Assembly: GCA_041497195.1 (NCBI GenBank) | Contig: JBGQGB010000002.1 | Location: 172,140-236,139, forward strand | Length of the DNA: 64,000 nucleotides | Direction: 5' to 3' | From: Candidatus Doudnabacteria bacterium | GTDB taxonomy: Bacteria > Patescibacteriota > Doudnabacteria > UBA920 > 2-01-FULL-46-14 | Shown: piece after piece, positions 10,852 through 18,896 of the stretch | Layout: every line of letters starts with the position of its first letter | Numbering within the stretch: position 1 is the first letter of the stretch | The notes under the pieces: generated by a model | Told to the model about the DNA's origin: nothing | What the model saw: only the letters and a program-made list of their open reading frames with translations | Database searches by the model: none | Translations under genes and position numbers: made by a program

Positions 10852-11262
10852 TCATGTGGGGTCCTTTTGTTCTTGGGATGACAAGATTTTCAGGAAGCTC
10901 GGCGCAACACTGATGACGCATCGTCGTCCAGGTGGGTCAAACTTTACTACTGCTGTAATGGGATAATATGCTGGCCTTGCGCCGGCTCTGATCCAATCTC
11001 TTCGCTCTTCAGGCGACCGCGCGGATAAGGCAATCACTGTACCCGTCCTGTTAATATCAGTGTGAAGGACCTTTTTGTTGAGCAGTTTTGCTTCCCAGAA
11101 CTTGATCAGAGCGATGCGTTCGCTTTCCTTCAAGCATTGGTCGGGCGAGTAACCATGAACGAGAAAAGAAATTAGGTGTCTGGCCTGATCTTTGGAAACG
11201 GGAATCGTAATACCCCTAGCGGAGAGAAAGTTGACCTGTCGGTCCGTGGGTTTTGTCGGCAT
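10852..11262 (-). CDS. Hypothetical protein (N-terminal PTxxQxxFL helical motif, C-terminal SH3/KOW-like beta region)
   Basis: AGGAGG SD and own promoter; fold guess from residue pattern only. Confidence 0.65.
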   Translation of the reverse strand: MPTKPTDRQVNFLSARGITIPVSKDQARHLISFLVHGYSPDQCLKESERIALIKFWEAKLLNKKVLHTDINRTGTVIALSARSPEERRDWIRAGARPAYYPITAVVKFDPPGRRCVISVAPSFLKILSSQEQKDPT

Positions 11263-11285
11263 AAATCCTCCTGAGACAACCAGTC

Positions 11286-11314
11286 ATGATAATCACATTT
11301 TACTAAAATGTCAA
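11286..11314 (-). promoter_or_regulatory. Sigma70 promoter with overlapping palindrome
   Basis: TTGACA-N17-TATCAT on the minus strand; ACATTTT-ACT-AAAATGT at 11295-11311. Confidence 0.7.
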
Positions 11315-11326
11315 CTTCGTTTGGTT

Positions 11327-11372
11327 AAAAAAATCGCCGGGACTTTCCGTTTAGGAACGTCCCGGCTTTTTT
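11327..11372. terminator. Bipartite hairpin terminator flanked by A7 and T6
   Basis: GCCGGGAC-T-TTCC-GTTTA-GGAA-C-GTCCCGGC. Confidence 0.7.
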
Positions 11373-11623
11373 CATTTCTGTGTGGTTTTTTTATGTGTTC
11401 TGGGTTTCTTGTGGGCCTTGTGTTTTAGCGCTGCCATGCGTTTGTCTCGGGAGAGGCAGCGCTCCAGCTTGCAAGCATCCTTGAGTGCAGATTTTTCGCA
11501 GGCTTCTTCACAGTCACAGGGCGGGCGCTCTGAGGGGGGAGGGGGAGATTGCTGTGCCCTTATCGCGTAAGTAGGAAGTAGTACCGCAGTGAGAATCAGA
11601 ACCCTCACAAGAAGAGTTTTCAT
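11372..11623 (-). CDS. Small secreted Cys-rich protein with basic tail
   Basis: GGAGG SD before ATG 11623; signal peptide MKTLLVRVLILTAVLLPTYAIRA; five Cys; K/H-rich tail. Confidence 0.6.
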   Translation of the reverse strand: MKTLLVRVLILTAVLLPTYAIRAQQSPPPPSERPPCDCEEACEKSALKDACKLERCLSRDKRMAALKHKAHKKPRTHKKTTQK

Positions 11624-11733
11624 AGGTTCCTCCGTACGGCACGTGCTTGTGTTTCCAAGGGTATACCCATCTGCCAACCCTTACAATCGAACAATCCACA
11701 GCCTTGGTTGTCTGATTCCAACCAGGGGCCTGC

Positions 11734-11762
11734 TTGCATTTTTTACGAGGTTCTGGTATAGT
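11734..11762 (+). promoter_or_regulatory. Promoter of secE-nusG-rplK-rplA
   Basis: TTGCAT-N17-TATAGT with TG extension. Confidence 0.6.
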
Positions 11763-11821
11763 GTTTTTGATAATAGAAAAAGGCCCGCAGAGGCCTTTTA
11801 AAAAAGACTTAAAAAGAGAAT

Positions 11822-12004
11822 ATGGGGAAAATCATCCAATTTTTTAGAGAAGTCTGGGTGGAACTGGGCAAGGTCGTGTGGCCCTCGCGCCAGGAAGCGC
11901 TCAAGATCACTGGCATTGTCGTGTTCTTCTCCCTGTTGGTGGCGGCTTTCCTGGGTGCTGTAGATTTAGGCTTAGCCCGGCTGCTGGGCTTGTTAATCAA
12001 ATAG
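11822..12004 (+). CDS. secE: Preprotein translocase subunit SecE
   Basis: ELGKVVWPSRQE motif, one TM, upstream of nusG. Confidence 0.95.
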   Translation: MGKIIQFFREVWVELGKVVWPSRQEALKITGIVVFFSLLVAAFLGAVDLGLARLLGLLIK

Positions 12005-12007
12005 TTT

Positions 12008-12553
12008 ATGCCGCGACAGATATCGACAGGGGAAAAACATTGGTACGTGCTGCATACCTATTCTGGCTATGAGGATTCTGTGGTGCACAATCTGCAGCAG
12101 AGGATCGAGTCCATGGGCATGGAAGACAAAATTTTTGACGTCATCGTGCCGAAAGAGAAAAAGATCAAAATTCGCGACGGCAAACGAGTGACGGTCGAGG
12201 AAAAAATTTTTCCAGGCTATGTGCTGGTCAATATGATTGTGACGGATGACTCGTGGTACGTGGTCCGCAACACCCCGAACGTCACCGGCTTCGTGGGATC
12301 AGGGACAATACCGTCTCCCATCTCGGACGAAGAGGTCAAAGTCATCCAGAAACGGATGGGCATGGAAGAGCCGAAATACAAGATTGAGTTTGCGGTCAGC
12401 GACCTGGTGCGCATTACGGACGGCCCGTTTAAAAACTATGAAGGAAAAGTCTCGGAGATAGACGAGGCCAAAGGCAAAGTCAAAGTTTTGGTTTCCATCT
12501 TTGGCCGCGAGACGCCGGTAGAGCTGGATTTTTTGCAAGCGAAAAAGTTATAA
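12008..12553 (+). CDS. nusG: Transcription termination/antitermination factor NusG
   Basis: WYVLHTYSGYE, FPGYVLV, KOW domain, IFGRETPVEL. Confidence 0.97.
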   Translation: MPRQISTGEKHWYVLHTYSGYEDSVVHNLQQRIESMGMEDKIFDVIVPKEKKIKIRDGKRVTVEEKIFPGYVLVNMIVTDDSWYVVRNTPNVTGFVGSGTIPSPISDEEVKVIQKRMGMEEPKYKIEFAVSDLVRITDGPFKNYEGKVSEIDEAKGKVKVLVSIFGRETPVELDFLQAKKL

Positions 12554-12585
12554 GTAATAATTAGAACTAAGAGGAACGAAGTCGA

Positions 12586-13011
12586 ATGGCAAAAAAAGTA
12601 AAATTGGTAGTGAAATTGCAGATTGCCGCCGGCAAAGCCACGCCCGCGCCGCCCATCGGGACTGCCCTGGGGCCGCATGGGATCAATCTGATGGATTTTT
12701 GCAACCAATTCAACGATAAGACTCGCGACAAGGGCGACTCGGTTATCCCGATTATCATGACGATTTTCGAGGATCGCAGTTTTAGTTTTGTGCTCAAAAC
12801 CCCGCCAGTATCCGATCTCATCCGCAAAGCTTTGAAGATCGAGAAAGGCTCAGGCGACCCGCTCAAAAACAAGGTCGGCAAACTCAGCAAAGCCCAGCTG
12901 CGGCAAATTGCCGAGGCCAAATCCGCTGATCTCAATGCCAACAGTATTGAGGCAGCGGAGCGTATCATTGCCGGCACTGCCCGAAGCATGGGTGTCGAGA
13001 TTGAGAGTTAA
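12586..13011 (+). CDS. rplK: 50S ribosomal protein L11
   Basis: [20 protein letters not shown]...GTARSMG. Confidence 0.97.
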   Translation: MAKKVKLVVKLQIAAGKATPAPPIGTALGPHGINLMDFCNQFNDKTRDKGDSVIPIIMTIFEDRSFSFVLKTPPVSDLIRKALKIEKGSGDPLKNKVGKLSKAQLRQIAEAKSADLNANSIEAAERIIAGTARSMGVEIES

Positions 13012-13032
13012 ATTTTTTCGAAGAATCCTAAA

Positions 13033-13707
13033 ATGTCCAAACGCTTTCGAGAAATTCAAAAATTGGTAGACGCAAACACCGTTTACACCCCGGAAGAGGC
13101 TGTGAAGCTTGCCAAACAAACCTCGACTGTCAAATTTGACGCGTCAGTCGAAGTCCACATCAAGCTCAACGTTGACCCCAAACAGACCAATCAGAAAGTT
13201 CGCACCCAGATAGCCCTACCGCACGGCATTGGCAAAAGCATCAAGGTCGCGGCTTTTGTCACCTCCTCGCGAGAAAAAGAAGCCAAAGCCGCGGGTGCTG
13301 ACATTATTGGCGGCGAAGAATTGGTCAAGGAAATCAAGGAAAAAGAGAAAACTGATTTTGACATCGCTGTGGCCGAGCCGGGTATTATGAAAAGTTTGGC
13401 AACAATTGCCAAGATTTTGGGGCAGCGCGGATTGATGCCCAGTCCCAAAAACGGGACCGTGGGTGAGGACGTCGGCAAACTGATACGTGAGCTCAAATCC
13501 GGGCGTGTGGACATCAAGACTGACGACACTGGAGTTGTCCACCAGACCATTGGCAAGGTTTCTTTTGACGACCAGAAGCTTTTGGAAAATTTTATAGCAC
13601 TCAAAGACGCCATTGCCAAAGCCAAGCCCGCCTCGGTCAAAAAGGATTTTGTGGCCTCGATATCGATGAGCTCTTCAATGGGGCCGGGTATCAAAGTGCA
13701 GAGGTAA
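13033..13707 (+). CDS. rplA: 50S ribosomal protein L1
   Basis: KFDASVEV, LPHGIGK, GLMPSPKNGTV, SSSMGPGIK. Confidence 0.97.
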   Translation: MSKRFREIQKLVDANTVYTPEEAVKLAKQTSTVKFDASVEVHIKLNVDPKQTNQKVRTQIALPHGIGKSIKVAAFVTSSREKEAKAAGADIIGGEELVKEIKEKEKTDFDIAVAEPGIMKSLATIAKILGQRGLMPSPKNGTVGEDVGKLIRELKSGRVDIKTDDTGVVHQTIGKVSFDDQKLLENFIALKDAIAKAKPASVKKDFVASISMSSSMGPGIKVQR

Positions 13708-13731
13708 AAAACCAACAAGGAGGAGAAGCTC

Positions 13732-13929
13732 GTGAAATCTAAACCCAAGCAGGCAAAGACTGCAAAGAGTTTTAAACGTAAGCGCAGACCTCGGGTTTCC
13801 AGGGCGGAGCGCGTTTTTCGAAAATACTTGAAACGCCGATCCAAAGCGTTTGGAAGAATCGCTGACGCGATGGACCGGGACCCAAGACCACGTCTGGCCG
13901 GAGCAGAAAGTGTTAATTCAACGTCTTAA
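13732..13929 (+). CDS. Small highly basic hypothetical protein
   Basis: AAGGAGG SD before GTG; 65 aa, K/R-rich; lies between rplA and the operon terminator. Confidence 0.55.
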   Translation: MKSKPKQAKTAKSFKRKRRPRVSRAERVFRKYLKRRSKAFGRIADAMDRDPRPRLAGAESVNSTS

Positions 13930-13950
13930 ATCAGCTTCGCTTCGCGACCA

Positions 13951-13988
13951 GGAGAGGAGGGCAGACAATGTCCTCCTTCTTTTTTTTT
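13951..13988 (+). terminator. Intrinsic terminator of the rplKA operon
   Basis: AGGAGGGCA-GACAA-TGTCCTCCT followed by a T-run. Confidence 0.75.
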
Positions 13989-14041
13989 GTTTGCTTTTAC
14001 CTATTTTTTGAGCTAAAATAATTGGGATTAACCGCTCAAAA

Positions 14042-14620
14042 ATGATTCTCTCTGACGACGACATAAAAGCCCAGCTAGGTAAAGGGGAAATCAAGATAGT
14101 CCCAATGCCGGATCTGGGTGTGGCCTTGGGAACAATGTCCATAGACTTGAGACTCGGGCACCAATTTATGGTCTACCAGCGGACAGAGCAGGCTTTTATT
14201 GACGTGAAAAAACCCGAGACTCTGGAAAATTTGACCAGTCTGGTGGAAAAGAAAAGCCACGAGTCTTTTACGATTCACCCTGGGGAGTTTGTTTTGGCCG
14301 CTACTCTCGAATCAGTGGAGCTGCCGAACAATCTGGCCGGTCGCCTGGAAGGGCGCTCCAGCCTCGGCAGATTGGGAATTGTCATCCATTCCACAGCCGG
14401 AAAAGTTGACCCGGGCTGGAGAGGACACCTGGTTCTGGAAATCAGCAATATCGGAGTCGTGCCGGTCAAACTTTACCCGGAGATGCGCATCTGTCAGCTG
14501 GTATTTGAGGAACTCAAATCCGAAACCAGCCAATCTTACACGCGAAGAAAAAGCTCCAAATACAAATCGCAGGACGCCCCAGCGGGGAGCAAAATAACCT
14601 CCGAAGTCGATGAAAGTTAA
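14042..14620 (+). CDS. dcd: dCTP deaminase
   Basis: SIDLRLG, GRSSLGRLG, VDPGWRGHLVLEISN, ICQLVF. Confidence 0.95.
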   Translation: MILSDDDIKAQLGKGEIKIVPMPDLGVALGTMSIDLRLGHQFMVYQRTEQAFIDVKKPETLENLTSLVEKKSHESFTIHPGEFVLAATLESVELPNNLAGRLEGRSSLGRLGIVIHSTAGKVDPGWRGHLVLEISNIGVVPVKLYPEMRICQLVFEELKSETSQSYTRRKSSKYKSQDAPAGSKITSEVDES

Positions 14621-15044
14621 AATCCAAAAACTCGACCCGACAGTGGAGTTGCCGCAATACCGCACCGCGGAAGCCGCTGCTTTTGATTTGGCCGCCAGCG
14701 AGGACGTCTCGATCGCGCCAAGAGAAATCAAGTTCATCAAGACCGGGCTCGTAATCGAGGCGCCGCACGGGCATTTTTTGCTCATCGCCTCCCGCTCCAG
14801 CACGCCGCGCAAAAAAGGCCTCTTGATCCCACAAAGTATCGGCATAATCGACCGGGATTATTCCGGCCCTGCGGATGAAGTATTGCTCCAATTCTACAAT
14901 TTCACTAACGAGACAGTCACTGTGACGAAAGGCGAGAGGCTGGCGCAGGGACTGTTCCTCAAAGTCGACCATGTGGAGTGGGAAGAAGTCAGCTCGATAC
15001 GAGCGCAATCCCGGGGCGGTTTCGGCAGCACCGGCAGCAAATAA
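14610..15044 (+). CDS. dut: dUTPase (trimeric)
   Basis: AAFDL, SRSS, GIIDRDYSG, LAQG, RGGFGSTG. Confidence 0.93.
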   Translation: MKVKIQKLDPTVELPQYRTAEAAAFDLAASEDVSIAPREIKFIKTGLVIEAPHGHFLLIASRSSTPRKKGLLIPQSIGIIDRDYSGPADEVLLQFYNFTNETVTVTKGERLAQGLFLKVDHVEWEEVSSIRAQSRGGFGSTGSK

Positions 15045-15056
15045 AACTTATCCAAA

Positions 15057-15737
15057 ATGAAGCGCGGCAAACTCATCGTCATTGACGGCACGGACGGCTC
15101 TGGCAAAGCGACCCAAACAGTGATTTTGGCCCGCCGGCTTCGCCAAGACGGCTATAGCGTCGTGGTCGAGGATTTCCCGCAGTACGGCAAAAAATCAGCC
15201 GGGCCGGTGGAGGACTACCTCAATGGCAGCTACGGACCGGCGCACGCGGTGGGACCGTATTTGCCCTCGATTTTTTACGCCGTGGACCGTTTCGCGGCCA
15301 GTGAGCGGATCCGCAAGAGCCTGGCGGGCGGCAAAATCGTCATTTGCAATCGCTACGTCACAGCCAACCTTGCGCACCAGGGCGGCAAGATCAGCAGTCC
15401 CCGCAAGCGCGAACGGTTTTTCCGCTGGGTCATCGACCTCGAATACCGCTTGTTCCGCCTACCGCGGCCCGATCTCAACCTCATCCTTCACATGCCTGCG
15501 GTAGTGGCGCAAAAACTCGTGGGTAAAAAAGCCACTCGCGTTTATCTGCGCGGCAAGAAACGAGACATTCACGAGAAGGATTTGGGTCATCTGCGCGCGG
15601 CCGAGCGCGTCTATCTTGAGATAGCCAAGCGCTTCGGCTATCCTGTAGTCGAGTGTTACGTCCGGGGCCGCATCCTCAGTCGCGCGGAGGTAGCGAGCCT
15701 CATAAGAAACGCTATCAAAAAACATTTACGCGTATGA
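15057..15737 (+). CDS. tmk: Thymidylate kinase
   Basis: [13 protein letters not shown]-loop, [21 protein letters not shown]. Confidence 0.9.
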   Translation: MKRGKLIVIDGTDGSGKATQTVILARRLRQDGYSVVVEDFPQYGKKSAGPVEDYLNGSYGPAHAVGPYLPSIFYAVDRFAASERIRKSLAGGKIVICNRYVTANLAHQGGKISSPRKRERFFRWVIDLEYRLFRLPRPDLNLILHMPAVVAQKLVGKKATRVYLRGKKRDIHEKDLGHLRAAERVYLEIAKRFGYPVVECYVRGRILSRAEVASLIRNAIKKHLRV

Positions 15738-16546
15738 AACAATATCTCGCTATCCTAGACAAAGTCATGAAGGAGGGTATCGACCGACCGGATCGCACGG
15801 GTACCGGCACGCGCGGCATTTTCGGCCATCAGATGCGTTTTGATTTGCAGGAAGGCTTCCCGCTCCTCACCACCAAAAAAATTCACCTCAAATCCATCGT
15901 TTACGAATTGCTGTGGTTTCTCCGTGGCGATACCAACGTCAAGTGGCTCAATGAGCACGGGGTCACCATCTGGGACGAGTGGGCGGACCAAAGCGGCGAA
16001 CTCGGCCCGATCTATGGCAAGCAGTGGACAGCCTGGGAAGGCCAGGATGGCCAAAAGATCAACCAGATTGCGGAAGCGCAGGAAACTATTAAAAACAATC
16101 CTTATTCCCGCCGGATAATCGTCAGTGGCTGGAATGTGGCTGACCTCGCCAGTCTCATCAAAGGCAAAAAGACCGCGCCTCCGCCTTGCCACACTATTTT
16201 TCAGTTTTACGTGGCCGACGGCAAGCTCTCTTGCCAGCTCTACCAGCGCAGCGCTGATTTGTTCCTCGGTGTGCCTTTCAATATCGCCTCCTACGCGCTC
16301 CTCACTATGATGATGGCGCAAGCCACTGGATTGAAAGCTGGCGATTTTGTTCATACTCTCGGGGATACCCATATTTACCGTAACCATTTTGACCAGGTGA
16401 AGCTGCAGCTGACCAGGCAGCCAAAGGTCCTGCCGAAGATGAAAATCAATCCTGCGGTCAAAGACATTTTTAGTTTTAACTACGAGGATTTTATGCTCGA
16501 GGGGTATGATCCTGACCCTGGCATCAAAGCCCCGATCGCGATCTGA
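15734..16546 (+). CDS. thyA: Thymidylate synthase
   Basis: MKQYL start overlapping the tmk stop; [33 protein letters not shown]. Confidence 0.97.
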   Translation: MKQYLAILDKVMKEGIDRPDRTGTGTRGIFGHQMRFDLQEGFPLLTTKKIHLKSIVYELLWFLRGDTNVKWLNEHGVTIWDEWADQSGELGPIYGKQWTAWEGQDGQKINQIAEAQETIKNNPYSRRIIVSGWNVADLASLIKGKKTAPPPCHTIFQFYVADGKLSCQLYQRSADLFLGVPFNIASYALLTMMMAQATGLKAGDFVHTLGDTHIYRNHFDQVKLQLTRQPKVLPKMKINPAVKDIFSFNYEDFMLEGYDPDPGIKAPIAI

Positions 16547-17025
16547 TGCTCACTCTCGTGGCAGCTGTTGCTAGAAACGGTATCATCGGCCGGGAAAACG
16601 ATTTGCCTTGGGATCTTCCCGAGGATCGCAAACATTTCCGGCAGCTCACTTCCGGCAAAACAATCCTCATGGGCCGCAAGACTTTTGAGTCAATCATGAA
16701 GCGAAACGGCAAGCTGTTGCCAAACCGAACCAATGTCGTAGTGACGCATGACAAAGCTTACCAGGTTCCGCCCGGCGTGCTCCTGTATTATTCATTGCAA
16801 GACGCTTTGGAGGCGCTGCAGGGCGAGCAAGATGTTTGCGTGATTGGCGGTGGCCAGATTTACCAGCAGACCATGCTGCTGGCGCAGAAACTGGAGATCA
16901 CGCACGTGGACATGGATGCGCCCGGGGATGTGAGTTTTCCGGAAATTGATCCGAAGGTCTGGGAAAAAACCGGGGAGGAACCACACCAGGGCTACACATT
17001 TGCAACTTACGTCAGAAAAAAATAA
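16546..17025 (+). CDS. folA: Dihydrofolate reductase
   Basis: IIGRENDLPWDLPED, MGRKTFES, LPNR, IGGGQIY. Confidence 0.95.
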   Translation: MLTLVAAVARNGIIGRENDLPWDLPEDRKHFRQLTSGKTILMGRKTFESIMKRNGKLLPNRTNVVVTHDKAYQVPPGVLLYYSLQDALEALQGEQDVCVIGGGQIYQQTMLLAQKLEITHVDMDAPGDVSFPEIDPKVWEKTGEEPHQGYTFATYVRKK

Positions 17026-17034
17026 TCGTTTTTG

Positions 17035-17062
17035 AAAACCAGCCAGAAGCTGGTCGTTTTTT
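17035..17062 (+). terminator. Intrinsic terminator after folA
   Basis: ACCAGC-CAGAA-GCTGGT followed by T6. Confidence 0.6.
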
Positions 17063-17127
17063 GGCTTTCGTCGCAAGCCGGTTTTGGAGCCTGTTGCAGT
17101 TTCGGCTGTCTTTGCTAAAATACCTTC

Positions 17128-18223
17128 ATGAATGATAACAGTCTTACTGAACGGATCAATAAACTGAAGTCTGAGGTCGACTCGCTGCGGAGGCATCTTT
17201 GAGCTGCCTCAAAAGAAACAGAAAATTTTAGAGCTGGAAGACAGGATGCAGCAACCAGGCTTCTGGACTGACCAGAAAGCCGCGCAGGTGACGGCGAAAA
17301 AACTCAGCAATTTGAAAAAACAGATTGATTTTTGGGAAAAGCTGGACTCAGACGTCAAAGAACTGGTAGAATTGGCGGCGATAGTGCAACGCGAGGGCGA
17401 TACGGGGATGGAAAAGGATCTGGAGAGGCGCCTGGTGTCTCTGCGCGAGCGCTATGAACACACCAGGATCATGACTTTTTTCAACGGCCCGTACGACGAC
17501 CACGACGCGATCCTTTCGATCCACGCGGGTGCGGGCGGACTGGATGCTCAGGATTGGGCGGACATGCTGCTGCGGATGTATTTGCGGTTTTGCGAGAAGC
17601 AAGGGCTTAAAACCTCATTTATTGATCAGAGTCGCAATCCCGAAGGGGGCATCAAGAGTGCAACTCTGGAGGTAAAGGGAGATTATGCATACGGCTATTT
17701 GCGAAGCGAGGCTGGAGTGCACCGGCTGATCCGTTTGTCGCCTTTCAATCCCGCTCATACTCGCGAAACCTCGTTTGCCCTGGCGGAAGTGTTACCAGTC
17801 CTGGAGAACCAGGAGGACCTGACGCTTGATCCCAAAGAAATCAAGATAGAAGCGAAGACCGCTCGCGGACACGGGGGGCAATCGGTCAACACTACCTATT
17901 CCGCGATCCGGATCACGCACTTGTCGACAGGTATCACGGTCTCTATCCAAAATGAGCGCAGCCAGACGCAGAACAAGGAACAGGCTGTGAAAATCCTCAT
18001 GGCCAAACTCAAGAAATTGGAGGAAGAAAAACAGCTCGAAAAAAAACTGAAACTCAGAGGCGAATTCAAAAGTGCTGAATGGGGCAACCAGATCCGCAGC
18101 TACACGATCCATCCCTACCAGCTCGTCAAAGATCACCGGACTGATTACGAAACAGCTGACGTGGACTCAGTTTTTGCCGGCAATTTGGAAGATTTTATCG
18201 AAAAATATCTGGAAAATGATTAA
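17128..18223 (+). CDS. prfB: Peptide chain release factor 2 with programmed +1 frameshift
   Basis: ORF1 MNDNSLTERINKLKSEVDSLRRHL ends at CTT-TGA (17197-17202) with GGAGG at 17189-17193. The +1 frame continues ELPQKKQK...QPGFW; SPF and GGQ motifs present. Confidence 0.95.
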
Positions 18224-18896
18224 ATTCGATCACATCACAAAAGTTTATACCAAGGAAGTCATTGCCCTCCACGATATTGACGTAGAAATCGAGAGCGGGG
18301 AGTTTATTTCCATTGTCGGTCGCTCAGGCGCGGGAAAAAGCTCTCTATTGAGGCTCATCATCAGAGAAGACCTGCCCACGCAGGGCACCATATTTATAGA
18401 GGGAGTGGATATTTCCACAATCCGCAACAAAGACATTCCTTATCTGCGCCGAAAAATCGGCATGGTCTTCCAAGACATCAAGCTCTTGCCGAGCCGAACC
18501 GCTTTTGAAAATGTCGCTTTTGCCATGGAAGTCGCAGGCGTACCCAGGGCCGCGATCAAAGCCGAAGTGGCAGAAATACTCGCCCTTGTCGGCCTCGAAG
18601 AAAAAACAACCGCTTTTCCGCATCAGCTGTCAGGAGGAGAAAAACAGCGCGTCGCCATCGCCCGGGCACTGGCGCACAGACCAGCTTTGCTTTTGGCGGA
18701 CGAGCCGACCGGCAATCTTGACGAGGACAATGCCATGGAAATCCTCGAAGTCCTCAGAAAGATAAACGAACTCGGTACCACGGTGATTTTGGCCACGCAC
18801 GCCAAGGAGCTGGTGGACAAGATGCGCAAACGTGTTATCGTTTTGGAAAAGGGTGAAATCGTATCCGACATGGCTCAGGGAAAATACAAACTATGA
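18216..18896 (+). CDS. ftsE: Cell division ABC ATPase FtsE
   Basis: GRSGAGKS, LRRKIGMVFQD, LSGGEKQR, ADEPTGNLD; next to ftsX. Confidence 0.92.
   Translation: MIKFDHITKVYTKEVIALHDIDVEIESGEFISIVGRSGAGKSSLLRLIIREDLPTQGTIFIEGVDISTIRNKDIPYLRRKIGMVFQDIKLLPSRTAFENVAFAMEVAGVPRAAIKAEVAEILALVGLEEKTTAFPHQLSGGEKQRVAIARALAHRPALLLADEPTGNLDEDNAMEILEVLRKINELGTTVILATHAKELVDKMRKRVIVLEKGEIVSDMAQGKYKL

Noticed and set aside
11275-11285. 11-mer GACAACCAGTC also present inverted at 25370-25380, both near orphan promoters
   Set aside because: Different position and orientation relative to the two promoters; compatible with chance in 64 kb.
10650-11372. Long hairpins as integron attC sites
   Set aside because: No RYYYAAC/GTTRRRY ends, the genes are in mixed orientation, and no intI is present; kept only as a hairpin-family finding.
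17246-18223. prfB as an N-terminally truncated gene or pseudogene
   Set aside because: Explained by the programmed +1 frameshift at CTT-TGA 17197-17202.
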